A stretch of DNA of 46,055 bases from Tubiluchus corallicola. Lineage: Eukaryota; Animalia; Priapulida. Position 1 is the stretch's first letter; every line of letters begins with the position of its first letter. Location: the NCBI GenBank assembly GCA_030141605.1, contig JAQGDQ010001342.1, forward strand, positions 1-46,055. The letters run 5' to 3'. Below, in pieces: positions 1 through 14,130 of the stretch. The notes beneath the pieces were generated by a model, which saw nothing but the letters and a program-made list of their open reading frames with translations, was not told where the DNA came from and did no database searches. Both the position numbers and the translations under genes were made by a program.

Positions 1-2388
1 CAAATTCTTTGTTAAGAGTCCAGGGAGAGGTTAAGTTGTAAGGCTCATAACTCGCCCACTGCGGGGCTACAGAACTTCTGGTTTTCATGTATGTATTAAC
101 CATCATCCTCACTAATATAATAAAAAAGAAAATTCGCTCGAGCCTGTTTCAGTATTTAGTACTAGCACTTTAATATTCCACAACAATCAGCAAAATTCGC
201 CTTTTTTGTATTTTTTCTATATTTTTTCTATCTAAATGCTGGATTATAAGTGACAAATCTGTATTCCAAATTTCATGAAAACGCACGAGCTGAGATAATA
301 TCATGCATGACATTATATAGAGGGGGCACTGTTAGAAAAACTGCCATATCACCAAACTTTTTTACTTTCCATAGTAATTCCGTCCATGTGTAAAAAGTAG
401 ACATACTTGGCTCAGGTCGTATATGACAGTAAACATTTAGCCACGTTTAACCTGCATTTTCTGTGACTAGTGCTCTCATTTCCTAGTAGCAATAGATTCC
501 TTTGCCATGGAAATTGCAAGAAATTTGCGAATTTCATCTTAAATTGGTTTAGTTATGTCGGAATTTTCATATGACTACAAATATGAATAATTGCCTCTTC
601 TGACAGATTTCGGACAGGACATCATGCATGCCCCTAGCACTGAGTCCGACCCTGATTCAGGGCATTCTCTACACACTGAATCGCTAATGGATACCAGGAA
701 AGACTAAACAATAAGCCATCTATTAGAAAAGGAGTACCGATTGTTAAGACTGAGAGTCATTGCTAGCGAAAGAATCTGAAAATTCCGTATATACATGTAA
801 AATAGAAATCTGTTCATTTTTTATACATCTATTCATTTTTTATACTTTTTATATGAATAAGCTTTATGGCTTTATAGAGAAAGAATTATCGATGCAGGTA
901 GATTATCCCTAGAAGATAGATACAGAAATATAGACAAATATATCATGGGGAAAGTGATAAAGTGAAAATCTTACAGTCTAAACATGGGAAATATAAGCGT
1001 ATGGGCCGCTTCTAGGGGGATGGCGGTGACATTTAGCTCAGAAAATTTTTCTTCACCCAAAATTTATTTGTGGCACAAAATCGATACTTCTGACAAAAAA
1101 TACTAATAGTGCGATTGAATGATTGCGCCAATGGCACAAAAATTTTCGATGTTTTACAGTCAAAAAATCACAGGACAAATGATATTTTGGGGGAAGTCTG
1201 TCATATATATTTTAGGCATTCGCTCAGATTTAGGGCAATTTTCTTTCTGTCCTGGCTTGTACCCCTATGTAAGACAATGAGTAATAACTAGGCAATAACC
1301 TGTACATAACATTTACAAAGCATAGAAAATAAACAGTACATAAAACATTTTCCAGTCCTTGCAAGAAGCAATTTCGATTCCGTAGATATTTAATTTTTTT
1401 GAAGATGGAAGCTCTCTAAATGCAGTCCAGTGTCTCTAGTACAGGCTAATTGATTCACAATATTCGTTTCGTGCGGATAACTAGCCAGAATACCGCATTT
1501 AACGCTGGTAAACAGCCCAGAAAACGAACATTTTAGTTCAGCAGTGGCCGCCATCTTGAATGCTGGAGGCCAATCCTGTCGGTAGTTTAACCAATGTGCT
1601 GGCCAGGCTCCTAATTGCCAAAGATGAATATTTATGACGTTTTGAAGCATTTTGACTAGATTTGACAACTCATGTTTACCTACACGAAGCTTTTTGATGA
1701 ACGTTGTTACCTAGATTTTTACCCTGATATATGCCTCTTTCAGGGGTCATTTACAATAGGGTGGAAATTCGCTCCATCGAAATTGTCACTGCAGCATAGT
1801 GGGATGGGATGCTCTATTCACATACATATCGATATTTTTGTCCTAGCCCCTGCAGTGGGTGAGATATAAGACTTTGAAATGAGTGAGTATTTGCATCTTG
1901 TGCATAACGCGAGCTAGAAGACCCCCTGTAGAGCCGAAAGAGGGGGGTTTGGGACAAAAGTCGTCAAGTCATTTTGGAGAAGATAACAAGATCCAATACT
2001 GTGCAGAGTCAGATCTATTCAAACACAGTAGTCGCTGCATGACTAATTCTTCAAATATGAGTAAAAAATAGAGAAAAATAGGTAATTTTTCATGAATTTC
2101 GGCCTATGCCGTACCTCTGCTACTATGAGGAGTTGGGCCAAGCGGATTCATATAGTGAATACTAGTGGACCTCATACCCATACCTTTGGTCTCAATCGGT
2201 TTACCTAACCTTGTGCCGTATTTTTCCGATTTTGCATGGTCTTCTTGTGGACGCGTTCTTAATTCGTTTTACCTTAATTGTTGGCTAGTCTTATAATTTG
2301 TGTTTTTAAAATTTGCCCAAAAAACATGCAGGACAAAGATTTGAAATTATAGTTTTGCTACTAAATTTTCTAGGAATTGCGAATATAC

Positions 2389-3043
2389 CTTTCATTTCTA
2401 GGATGACACCTTTTGTTACATTCAGACTTCGAGGTCTTTTAGGAAGATGTATTTTAAAATTGTCAACATCATGTAAACCGGTGTGAGCTATAACAATGTT
2501 CTTAATGATTGGGTTTTCGGAAAGATCTAAGTCTACTTTCTGCAGCCAAGGAGCATGTATTATTTCAAGACGTTCCATGGCTGTCATCTCTTTGAAAGCG
2601 TCTGCAGCAATCCACTGAAGCTTCTCGTTCCACATCAACCTCAGTATGGTAGCTTGAGCACAAATACGCTTTGACTCAAGAGCCTGCAACTTGGATTCAA
2701 TTATCTCCAATGTACTGAAATACTTTTCTACTAGATAACAATACCGAAGTGCATTAGGAAGTATATTGTAAAGCTGCAACTGCTTTGTCTCCCATTTCAA
2801 GTTCCTGGCAATTGCATCGAGGTCTCCACGGCCTAAGTTAACCTTCTTTCCACAGGTCATTTTGCAAGGAAGTCGCATTTCATAGGAACACAGCCGTAAA
2901 TCTTTACTGCAATTATTTCCATCGCCCACCTCGTGTATAACATCAGACTCTAAAGACCCTTGGAGAGCAAAACTGGAATAAGATATTGAAAGGCCAACAA
3001 AGTGAACAAACGCCATCCATAAAATGAACTGCGCATGCAACAT
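2389..3043 (-). CDS. First coding exon of a signal-peptide-bearing, LRR-like extracellular/receptor protein (downstream exons uncertain)
   Basis: ORF 2306-3043 has a hydrophobic N-terminus, a Cys-rich cap (NCSK..C...PC..TC) and LRR-like segments (LRLMWNEKLQWIAADAFKEMTAMERLEI; DLDLSENP). A likely donor AAAG|GTATAT lies at 2389/2388. A possible in-frame second exon at ~1390-1679 is unverified. Confidence 0.5.
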
Positions 3044-3311
3044 GATGAAACCAGCAAATCAACATTTCAGGGTTGAATTCTGACAGCGATGACTTTAGTT
3101 GGCTTTGAGCACGAAAGCGTGTGCAACACTTAGTGACAGAGAAAATAGCAGTTTTCGAATAATTCGATTTCCTGCGTCATAATGCAATTGCGAGTAATGT
3201 AATAACAATTTGAACATAAAGATCAAAATACTAAACACAAGAAGCTAGAGAACTGAAATTGAAATATGTAAGTATAATGGCGCGCCCAGACTAGAGAGTT
3301 CTTTCGCATCT

Positions 3312-3339
3312 TAGATAGATAGATAGATAGATAGATAGA
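3312..3339. repeat. (TAGA)n microsatellite
   Basis: Direct reading of the tagatagataga... tract. Confidence 0.9.
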
Positions 3340-4634
3340 TATTTTATTTCTGAAAATCAAACTTCCAACATGAGAATTACAAACTTGACGCATAGCCGAT
3401 GGCTTTATCAGTGGGCAGAGCTCCGGTAATGATTTCCAGATCATACTAACAATTTGACTCAACCTAGCAAAATTGTGACTTTCCAAGTGAAAGGAGGAAA
3501 CAAGATATTTAATATTTCAAGACAAAGTTTGCATTTTCTCTAATTTGCATGTTGTTATTACAATCCCTTGACCACACCTTAAAAGAAACCTACGTACAAA
3601 ACACAACATTAATTAGTGTTTCTATCTATTTGATGAAAATATTTTACAAGATTATTCAGTAAAACTAAAATAACGAGTCTATGTGAAATTATTTTTCAAT
3701 AAAAAATATATTATCAACTTCTTCGAAATGTTGAAATGTGTTTGACTTTTAAAATGTTCTGATTCCAACTGAACAAATTCATTAGAAAAGTAAATACCAG
3801 TGTCCAAGCGTAAAAAGATAAAAAGATAACATCTTCATTTGTGTGGTTTGGAGTGCTCAGGTAAACATCTCATTTGTTTGTAAACATCTCAGCACACTAT
3901 ACAGGTAAACCCCTCATTTTGTTTCTTTTGTTGAGAACTGCACGGTTTACTACCGTAAGAATTTTTGGTCGCTATTCATATCCCTAAAATTAGAGTAAGT
4001 TTTGGAAAATTCCATTTTTCAGTCATCAACCTGGCTCCTATGATTAGGACGTTGGTATAAATGCTGATACGCTAGGCAATACACGGTTTATCTCGCTATG
4101 CGTGGGTGCTGTCATTTACTTTTCTAATAAAGTTTTGTTTCCACAGTAATAAATGTGAGTAACTATTTTTCTGTCATCATCAATAAATATCAAAGACTGT
4201 GTGAACCACGTTTATACACAAGTAAAACGAAATGAAAATCGGAGGCGTGTAAAATTGTCAGAGTAAATTTATTAATAGCTGCTTGAAACAGTGACCAATT
4301 TCACATATTGCTGATAGTGAAAGTCTCAAGAGGATAGATATAATATATGACATGAAATTATTTTCAAAGTATTAAATACGGGCATACTAAACGGGCATGC
4401 GCCGCAACCAACCATATAAGTCTACACACAAGCATCTGCTTCCTCATCTCTGAGATCAATGAGTAAAGATATAGATCATATCCTATAACGAAGCCGTCTT
4501 CACTAACTTTTTTGGTGCAAACTAGTGAAACTTGAAACTCTTGAAAAGAACGTTAGAATTTTTTTTAAAGTTGTGAGTGTAAATCTTCAAGCTCAAAGAC
4601 ATCCAGGAATTCTAGCAAAAAACTGTAAATCACA

Positions 4635-5645
4635 ATGTTAAATCTTACAGTGAACTCAACCATCGAAGAATGGCACGAATTTAGTGAAAGAATAACTCCG
4701 AAAGAGATTGTCATGTTAGTTGTAATTGCTCTGGTAGGCTCGTCCACAGCTTTTCTGAATGCCGTGGTCATTATTACTATTTACAAGTACCGATGTCTAC
4801 AAACTTTCCATAACAAGTTATTGGCTAATTTGGCAGCAACAGATTTCATGGGTGGTGTTTTAATTGAGCTATTGATAGTTACATTTATAGTTGAACTAAA
4901 GCCTTCAACTGAGCTTTGTTGTCTACAAGGGTTTTTAATTGTAACGCTTTTAACACTGGGTGTAATTTTTCTTACCGCCATTGTAACTGATCGCTATATT
5001 GCTGTCAGTAAACCTATTGAATACCATAAGCTACAAGTGAAGCTGAAAAACTTTAACATCTTTATCGTAACTTCCATAACTTATTCGCTGTTCGTGGGTG
5101 GGCTTTTTGCTTCCCAAATTGCTATTTACTATAGCCCAGAATTTTCATGTATTGATTTTCAACTTATGGTTCATCCCTGGTTTGCTGTGTTCTTCTCAGC
5201 ACATTATTTTGTAGCGTTACTTTTCATGATATATGCTTACACAACGATCACCATAAGAGCTCTAAGAAGGCAGAACAAGGTCAGTACTACTTCACGATCA
5301 TCAAGAACTTCTACAGTCGGGTTGCTTGTGCAAGTCAAGGCAGCTAGAATGTCAGCAGTAATCATTGGTTCATCAATGACACTTATTGCACCTAGTATGT
5401 GTCACACGATAATAATCAGTACCACAAAACAATATCCAAATGCAAACTACAAATTCTTAGAAACATTGGGTTTCATGCTAAACTCGTTACTGAATCCGAT
5501 TATATATTTTCTGCTCGTGAAAGACTTTCGACGCTGTGCTATGAAGTTACTCTGTCGACCGAATGATATCAGTACAGAGGACAACAGCCAACTTACCCGG
5601 CCAGCAACTGTCTCTGCCATCAAACAGCAAAATTCTAAAGCTTAA
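4635..5645 (+). CDS. Intronless rhodopsin-like (class A) GPCR, copy 1, orphan
   Basis: 336 aa with 7 hydrophobic segments. Motifs: TM1 FLN, TM2 NLAATD, TM3 C...TDRYIAV, ECL2 Cys, TM7 NSLLNPIIY, helix-8 DFRR, and N-glycosylation sites NLT/NST. Confidence 0.93.
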   Translation: MLNLTVNSTIEEWHEFSERITPKEIVMLVVIALVGSSTAFLNAVVIITIYKYRCLQTFHNKLLANLAATDFMGGVLIELLIVTFIVELKPSTELCCLQGFLIVTLLTLGVIFLTAIVTDRYIAVSKPIEYHKLQVKLKNFNIFIVTSITYSLFVGGLFASQIAIYYSPEFSCIDFQLMVHPWFAVFFSAHYFVALLFMIYAYTTITIRALRRQNKVSTTSRSSRTSTVGLLVQVKAARMSAVIIGSSMTLIAPSMCHTIIISTTKQYPNANYKFLETLGFMLNSLLNPIIYFLLVKDFRRCAMKLLCRPNDISTEDNSQLTRPATVSAIKQQNSKA

Positions 5646-5649
5646 AAGT

Positions 5650-5900
5650 TTCAGAAATACACGACTCTTAAATCTACACCAGTGTTGATCGCTGATGTAT
5701 TCTGTGGTTAAAGCAGTATTTCTTTCTACTGTGCCTGATCCAATTCTATAGATAATAGGTAAATCGAAGACCCCAAAGACAGCTTAGCAACTGCAAAATT
5801 GGGGTGAATAACAACTTAACAAATAACATGGGTGGGAGGACACTTCCTTGTGGCACTCCTGATAGAACAGGCACGGTTGACAAAGCACAATTCTCAACTT
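5650..5900 (-). mobile_element. Old degenerate non-LTR retrotransposon RT fragment (CR1/L2-like), predating the GPCR duplication
   Basis: The minus strand reads ...STVPVLSGVPQGSVLPPMLF, matching the RT SGVPQGSVLGP motif. An equivalent copy lies at ~11345-11575. Confidence 0.7.
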
Positions 5901-5905
5901 CGACA

Positions 5906-7535
<1,630 letters not shown>

Positions 7536-8159
7536 AATCTGTCACTTAGCTACATTACTTTTTATCAATTTATCTCTGAAGCATCTTGATAGAAAAAAAG
7601 CTAAAATGCGAGAACGTGCAGAAGCCAAGTATGCTGTTGCAACGAGATAAATTGTCTTTAATATCTGTAGATTATAATAGCATAATAATATAAAAAAGAA
7701 AAATTATCTTCCGAGTTTCTGGCTCACACGAATTTTTGTTTCTTTGTACGAATTTTGCCTCGCTGCTAGAGAGAGATATGTGGCTGGGCCTAGCATTAGG
7801 ATTCATTTCTGACGTTTGATCAATAATCTCGTTTACATGACATTATCATGATATTGTGTGTGTTGGTAACCATTAATGCTAGATGTTTTCAAACACTTTT
7901 ATGATTTGTGTACAAAACATTTGTTTTATGCAAGTATTTATTGCAGCTGACACTTCAATGTTTGTTGTTGTCGTTGTTGTTGTTCTGCTTTGGCTAGGTT
8001 GATAAAATTATAGACATTGTTTATTGGGCTCTTGCATTTTGCTGGTGTTTACTTATCCTCATACATGGTGTTAAATAGTGCACAAAATATTATTTTGTTA
8101 TAATAAGCGAGAAATTGATAAACCCATGATAATTTTGTCAAACAATTTGTAAAAATGGC

Positions 8160-9335
8160 TGTGACGACCGAAGCCGTCCATAGTGATGCGCTACTAATGA
8201 TTGATTGACTTATTTTTATTAATGTATTTTTGATGACAATCCAAAAATATTTTGTTATTATTGGTATAACATTGATTGCCATTATTGTTAATACGTTTTA
8301 TTAGACTTGTGATTTTTGTTGCCAGTTGATTTTTTTTGTAACATTAGATGGAAGCACTTTACAGGCTTGAGTGACCAGAGCCTGGGTCACATGACCAAAT
8401 TTACCTACCTGGCCAGGTATTGGCCTAGTTTCGTGGTCTATCTGGTTTTGTAGCTCAAAGTAAAAAGAGCAAATTTTGTTGATAGCATGTTGCCAGTTTT
8501 GAACATGTGTGTATGCCTCGAAAGTGAAAGCCACCTCATGGGCAACTTGGTTATTGGTTAGAGAGGCTTTGGAAAGAAACTTATTTATTCACGTAACTTC
8601 CGATTGTGTTTCTTGATGGTAATACCAGTGGAAGCCATCCAGGATAGAACACCTCTGTTGTTTCCCGTACAGAATGCTTGTCATTAAACTCTTCCTCTTA
8701 TGGAGACTGAATTCCAGTTTGGTTGCTTAATGTCATTATCTGGTGCAGTACCGTCTAGAGGAGTCAATTGTCATTTGTTGGAGACATAGGATCTGATAGT
8801 TTTTGGGAGACGTGTCCTGGCAGCCATATTGGATACGTCGTAGGAAACTTGGTACGATTCGTGGTTGGAAACGTGGAAACGTGGTATTCGGGCGAATACG
8901 TGGTAGAAGCATTGCTCTCTGGACAGTTATGCTGGGCCCAGCCATCGTAAAGATGAGTAAAAAAAATGTTAAATTTTAATTAGATTTATCCAGTTGACTA
9001 TTATTGCGTTATTATCACGTTAACTAGTATTGCGTTTCAAAGTGTTTGTTTACAAAAGAACTTTATACGCCGGCATTAGTTATTTTTTTTTACGAGAATC
9101 GAAAATAAATAAATATCCTCTTTATTGTTATTATTATTATAAATCCTGTTGTTTGGGTAATTGTATTCCTAGAGAATTAAGGTATAAACCTAAAGCATTG
9201 TTCACACTGTCATACACGGACTCATGTGCGAATTTTTACTATATTTTGGTCAATCAAGGTATAACTCGTGACAGCGGGACTGCTTGGCAAAACATCCTAA
9301 CAACAATTTAACCTTTACTTAGACACGCTGTCACA
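8160..9335. mobile_element. Solo LTR-like insertion (1176 bp)
   Basis: Ends are TGTGAC...GTCACA (TG..CA, inverted), with a perfect 5-bp flanking direct repeat ATGGC at 8155-8159 and 9336-9340. The empty site is in unit 2 at ~12283. Confidence 0.85.
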
Positions 9336-10303
9336 ATGGCATTTTTCAATGATAGATTATGCAGTGCAAAATCATAATAAAACCTGAAGACAAATCTTAA
9401 ATTACCACGATGTGCAGCAGGCCTACCACGAACTTATAAGCCAGTTGTGTTATGCACAAAAATACGAGTTTACTCTATTGTTTGATATTTAATAAATAAA
9501 CTACTAGAATTTTAACTTGAGCGTAACTTGTTTTCTGCGGTGTAATGCAAGGCAAAACTTTGTAAATTTACGACTCATTAACATAATGAAATCAAATAAT
9601 TATGCATTCCTTTCTTCAGATATTCAAATTTGAAAATATGTTGGAGTTCTTTAGTTTTATGAAAAATATACAATTTTTTGGTCGGAACTAATATCACTAA
9701 AATTAAAGTAATTTTTGGATATTACATTTGCTGGCATCAAACCGTGCTCTATGTTTAGGGCATTGGTATAAATACTGAAGCGCTAGGCAAATAAACAGTT
9801 TATCTCCCTATGCGTGGGTGCTGTTATTCACTTTTCTAATAAAGTTTTGTTTCCACAGTCATAAATGTGAATAACTATTTTCATCAACAAACATCAAAGC
9901 TAGCTTGTATACAAATAAAACGAAATGAAAATCGGAAGCGTGCAAAATTGTCAGAGTTAATTTATTAATAGCTGCTTGAAACAGTGACCAATTTCACATA
10001 TTGCTGATAGTGAAAGTCTCAAGAGGATAGGTATAATGTATGACATGAAATTATTTTAATGTATTAAATAAACTAAACTGGCATGCGCCGCAACCAACCA
10101 TATTGAAAAGTCTACACGCAAGCATCACTGAGATCACTGAGTAAACTCGTATCCTATAACGAAGCCTTCCTCACTAACTTTTTTTTTGGTGTAAACTCGT
10201 GAAACTTGAAACTCTTGAAAAGAAAGTTAGAATTTAAAGTTGTGAGTGTAAATCTTCAAGCTCAAAGACATCCAGGAATTCTAGCAAAAAACTGTAAATC
10301 ACA

Positions 10304-11317
10304 ATGTTAAATCTTACGGTGAACTCAACCATCGAAGAATGGCACGAATTTAGTGAAAGAGTAACTCCAAAAGAGATTGTCATGTTAGTTGTAATTGCTC
10401 TGCTGGGAGTGTCTACAGCTTTTCTAAATGCCGTGGTCATTATTACTATTTACAAGTACCGATGTCTACAAACTTTCCATAACAAGTTATTGGCTAATTT
10501 GGCAGAAACAGATTTCATGGGTGGTGTTTTAATTGAGCTATTGATAGTTGCATTGATAGTTAAACCAAAGGCTTCAACTCAGCTTTGTTGTCTACAAGTG
10601 TTTTTAATGGGAATGATTTTAATTCTGGGTGTAATTTTTCTTACCTCTATTGTAACTGATCGCTATATTGCTGTCTGTAAACCTATTGAATACCATAAGC
10701 TACAAGTGAAGCTGGAAAACTTTAACATCTTTATCATAATTTCCACAATATATTCTTTGTTTGTAGGTGGACTTTTTGCATCCCAAATAGCAATTAACTA
10801 TAGTCCAGAATTTTTATGTATTGAGTTTGAACATCTGGTTCATCCCTGGTTTGCCGTGTTCTTCACAGCACATTATTTTATAGCATTAATTTTCATGATA
10901 TATGCCTACTCCACAATGATCATAATAGCAGTAAGACAGCAGAAAAAAATTAACACACCGCTGCTACTATCAAAAAGTTCTACAATCGGATTGATTGTGC
11001 AAGTTAAGGCAACTAAGATGTCAGCAGTAATCATTATTTCATCAATGACACTTATTGCACCCAGTATGTTTCACATGATAATAATCAGCACCACAAAACA
11101 ACGAGATAAAAATTTAAACCTCATTTTATTAAAAGGATTGGGTATCACCATAAAGTCGTTTTTGAATCCGATTATATATTTCCTGCTCGTGAAAGACTTT
11201 CGTCGCTGCATTAGGAAGTTACTATGTCGAGCGAATGATATCAGTACAGAGGACAACAGCCAAGTTTCACTTCCAGCAACTGTCTCTGTCATCAAACAGC
11301 AAAATTCTAAAGCTTAG
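10304..11317 (+). CDS. Intronless rhodopsin-like (class A) GPCR, copy 2, orphan
   Basis: 337-aa paralogue of copy 1, retaining TDRY, NPIIY and DFRR. Confidence 0.93.
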   Translation: MLNLTVNSTIEEWHEFSERVTPKEIVMLVVIALLGVSTAFLNAVVIITIYKYRCLQTFHNKLLANLAETDFMGGVLIELLIVALIVKPKASTQLCCLQVFLMGMILILGVIFLTSIVTDRYIAVCKPIEYHKLQVKLENFNIFIIISTIYSLFVGGLFASQIAINYSPEFLCIEFEHLVHPWFAVFFTAHYFIALIFMIYAYSTMIIIAVRQQKKINTPLLLSKSSTIGLIVQVKATKMSAVIIISSMTLIAPSMFHMIIISTTKQRDKNLNLILLKGLGITIKSFLNPIIYFLLVKDFRRCIRKLLCRANDISTEDNSQVSLPATVSVIKQQNSKA

Positions 11318-11344
11318 AAGTTTCAAAAACACACGACTATAAGA

Positions 11345-11575
11345 TCAACACCAGTGTTGAGTGTTGATGTCTGCTGTGCTTAAAGTGGTTTTTCTTCGCA
11401 CTGTGACTGATCCAACTCCTTCAATAAATGAATAAATCGAAGAAACCAAAGACTTTTTAGCAACCACAGAATTGGAGTGAATAGCAACCTGGCAAATAAT
11501 AAGGGCCCGAACGCATTTCCTTGTGGAACTCCTGGTGGAGCTGGGACAGTTGATGAGGCACAACTCTCAACTTCG
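11345..11575 (-). mobile_element. Old RT fragment, duplicate of 5650-5900
   Basis: The minus strand reads STVPAPPGVPQGNAFGPLLF. Confidence 0.65.
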
Positions 11576-12809
11576 ACATATTTTAATCTGTCACTTAGCC
11601 ATGCTTTTATCTGTTTGCATTATAACTAAAATGTGCTGTTGCAAAAGAAGCTAAAATACTAGTTGTAATACTTATGATTGTAATACTAGTTGTATTACAT
11701 ATAATGTAATACTTTTAGTACATTATAACTAAAATGTGCAGAAACCAATTCTGATATTGGGGACGACATAAATTATCTTTGATATCTATAGATTATATTT
11801 AATCAATAAGCAGTGATACAGCATTCGTATTAAGGAAAAAATTATCTTGAGAGCTATTGTCTCAGAATGAATTTTTACTTCTCTGCACGAGTTTTGCCTC
11901 GATACTTGAGAGAGATACATGACTGGACCTAGCGTTAAGTCATTTATGACGTTTGATTAATAATCTCGATTACATGACATTATTTTGATATTACATGTGT
12001 TGGTAACTATTAATAATAGGCGTTTACAACCATTTTCATGATTTCTGCGCAAAACATTTACTTTATGCGAGTATTTGTTGTAGCTGATACTTGTTGTTGT
12101 TGTTGTTGTTGTTGTTGTTCTGCTTTGGCTAGTTGATGGAGGACATAGTTTATGTTAATTGCGTTCTTGTACTTTGCTTGTATTTATCTATTCTCATACA
12201 TGGTGTCAAATAGTGAAAAAAATATTGTTGTACTAAGCAAGAAATTGAAAAACACATAATAGTTTTGTGAAATTCGTGAAAAATGGATTTTTTTGATGAA
12301 AGATTATGCTTTTGCAAAATTGCAAAAGCTGAGCGCAAATCTCAAATTACCACGATGTGCAGCAGGCCTAGCAGGAACCTGTAGACTTGTTGTGTTATGC
12401 ACAAATATACGAGTTCACTGTATTGCTTTATTTTTAATAAATGATATGCTAGAATTTTATCATGAACGCAATTCGAATTTTGTGTTTAGTGAAAAGCAAT
12501 GTGAAACTTTGTAAATTTACGACTAAATAACCCACTAAAATCAAATTATTACATTCTTTTCTTTCAAATGTTCAAATTTGAATGGATTAAATAAAATTAT
12601 GCCTAGAATTTGTACCTATGTAAAAAATCAATTTCCATAATATAGAATAATTCCATAATTAGTCCTATATAGAAGTGAATTCTAGCACCATTATAAGTAC
12701 GAAAATAATTATAACTCAAAAGATTTCGCACAAGTTTTCTGCTGCGAATCTAGAACCGTATTAGGAAAAATTCTACACGTTTGGTTGACTAAATCAAGAC
12801 GTTTGATCA

Positions 12810-13010
12810 TTCATTCAACCCATGTATCGACATAATTGAATTTAGTGAAAGAATAACTCCACGAAAGATTGCCATGTTAATTGTAACTGCACTAGCAGGT
12901 ACAACTACAGATTTTTCTAAATACAATAATTATTAGTGCTGTTTTCAAGTATATATGTCTTATAGACACTCCATAACAATTTGCTGGTTGATCTGGTAGC
13001 AAAACATTTT
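12810..13010 (+). pseudogene. 5' remnant of a third GPCR paralogue (N-terminus to TM2), frameshifted and truncated
   Basis: gaatttagtgaaagaataactcc...gccatgttaattgtaactgc...ccataacaatttgctggttgatctggtagcaaaacatttt aligns with ~4655-4847, with indels. Confidence 0.85.
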
Positions 13011-13743
13011 GCGATAGTCATTACCAGATGTAGATTCCGGTGAGGTTTAAGCTATATAGAGCTCTGAGGCCCTGGTAGCTAGAAAACGTGAAATTATATG
13101 TATGCATTTTAATTATTTAATTGCAAAGTGAGCAAATTATTTTAAGCCAAAAAATATAATGATCAAATATTAGTTACTTAGACAAATGAGTGTAGAACTC
13201 CATACGGCTGCAGGTAGTGCAATTACACACTTGCACAGTTTTTTTAACTCGCCCCTAGATGGCAGGCAAAAAATTGCTCAGTCACCATACCAATGGCAAC
13301 TTTAAGAATGCCCGTTCAGGCAGAGTGATGTTAAAAGCTACAGTAGGACAGTGCACATAGAATTTTGACACAAAAATATGATCATTACAAAGCTTAAGAA
13401 TATCTCTCAATAGATCTGTTGGCTGTTTTTACGTGAAAATACTCAGTGTAACAAAATTAACGAATATTGTGTAGAAAATGAAATTTCTCAAAAGCCAGCG
13501 AGTTAGTCAGGTAGATAAATTCAGGCCGATCACACAAATAAAACTTCTAAACGCACTATTTCCAGACACAAGTCATACTAGTCTGGAATCTTACTGAGGC
13601 CCCATATCGATTCTAGTGTGGAGTATTCTTTCATCACTATCGGCACTTGTATTTATACTAAAAAGCGTGACCATCAACTGAGTTTTGCTGTCTGTAATTG
13701 CCTTATAAATGGAATAGATCAATATTGCTAGCCAAATCTGCAT

Positions 13744-14130
13744 TAAGGGTGAGCATCGAACGTTCCAATCTGATTCGAAAGAGTTTTTTTATAGCTCGAA
13801 TTCGATTCAAAGCTAAGTATGAATTCGAATGACTCAGTAGGTCAACCACTTACGTTCTTTATCTTCTCAACACAGTTTAGCTGTGATTTCTGTGCACAAT
13901 TTTCAAACAGATTGTTAGCGTTTTTACTGCAGAACAAAATGGGGTAATATGTCTGATCTTCGAAAGACAGCTTTAACTGATAGTTCGAAAACTTGTTCGA
14001 AAATCATGTAAGCCCAATTCGACTTTGATACAAATTTGAAATACTGAAATTCACCTCGATTCGAGTTCGAAGGTCACAAATTCGATTCGATTCGTTCGAA
14101 TTCGCTTCCTGGTAGAGAATGTTCACCGTA
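13744..14130 (+). mobile_element. hAT-like MITE (TAGGGGTGAGCAT-type ends, TTCGAA-rich)
   Basis: Ends are taagggtgagcat / atgttcaccgta. The 8-bp flanks atctgcat / atgtgcat differ by one mismatch. The body is homologous to 22628-23016 and 23045-23470. Confidence 0.75.

Larger units (their letters stand above)
9675..12582 (+). repeat. Tandem duplication unit 2 of the GPCR locus
   Basis: Collinear with unit 1 minus its two insertions. Confidence 0.85.

Noticed and set aside
1-2300. Possible non-autonomous DNA transposon remnants
   Set aside because: The sequence has a repeat-like texture, but no TIR/TSD pairs could be defined.
11140-11180. TM7 Lys as the opsin retinal-binding lysine
   Set aside because: It is 4 residues before the NPxxY Asn (7.45), whereas opsin K296 is 6 before (7.43).
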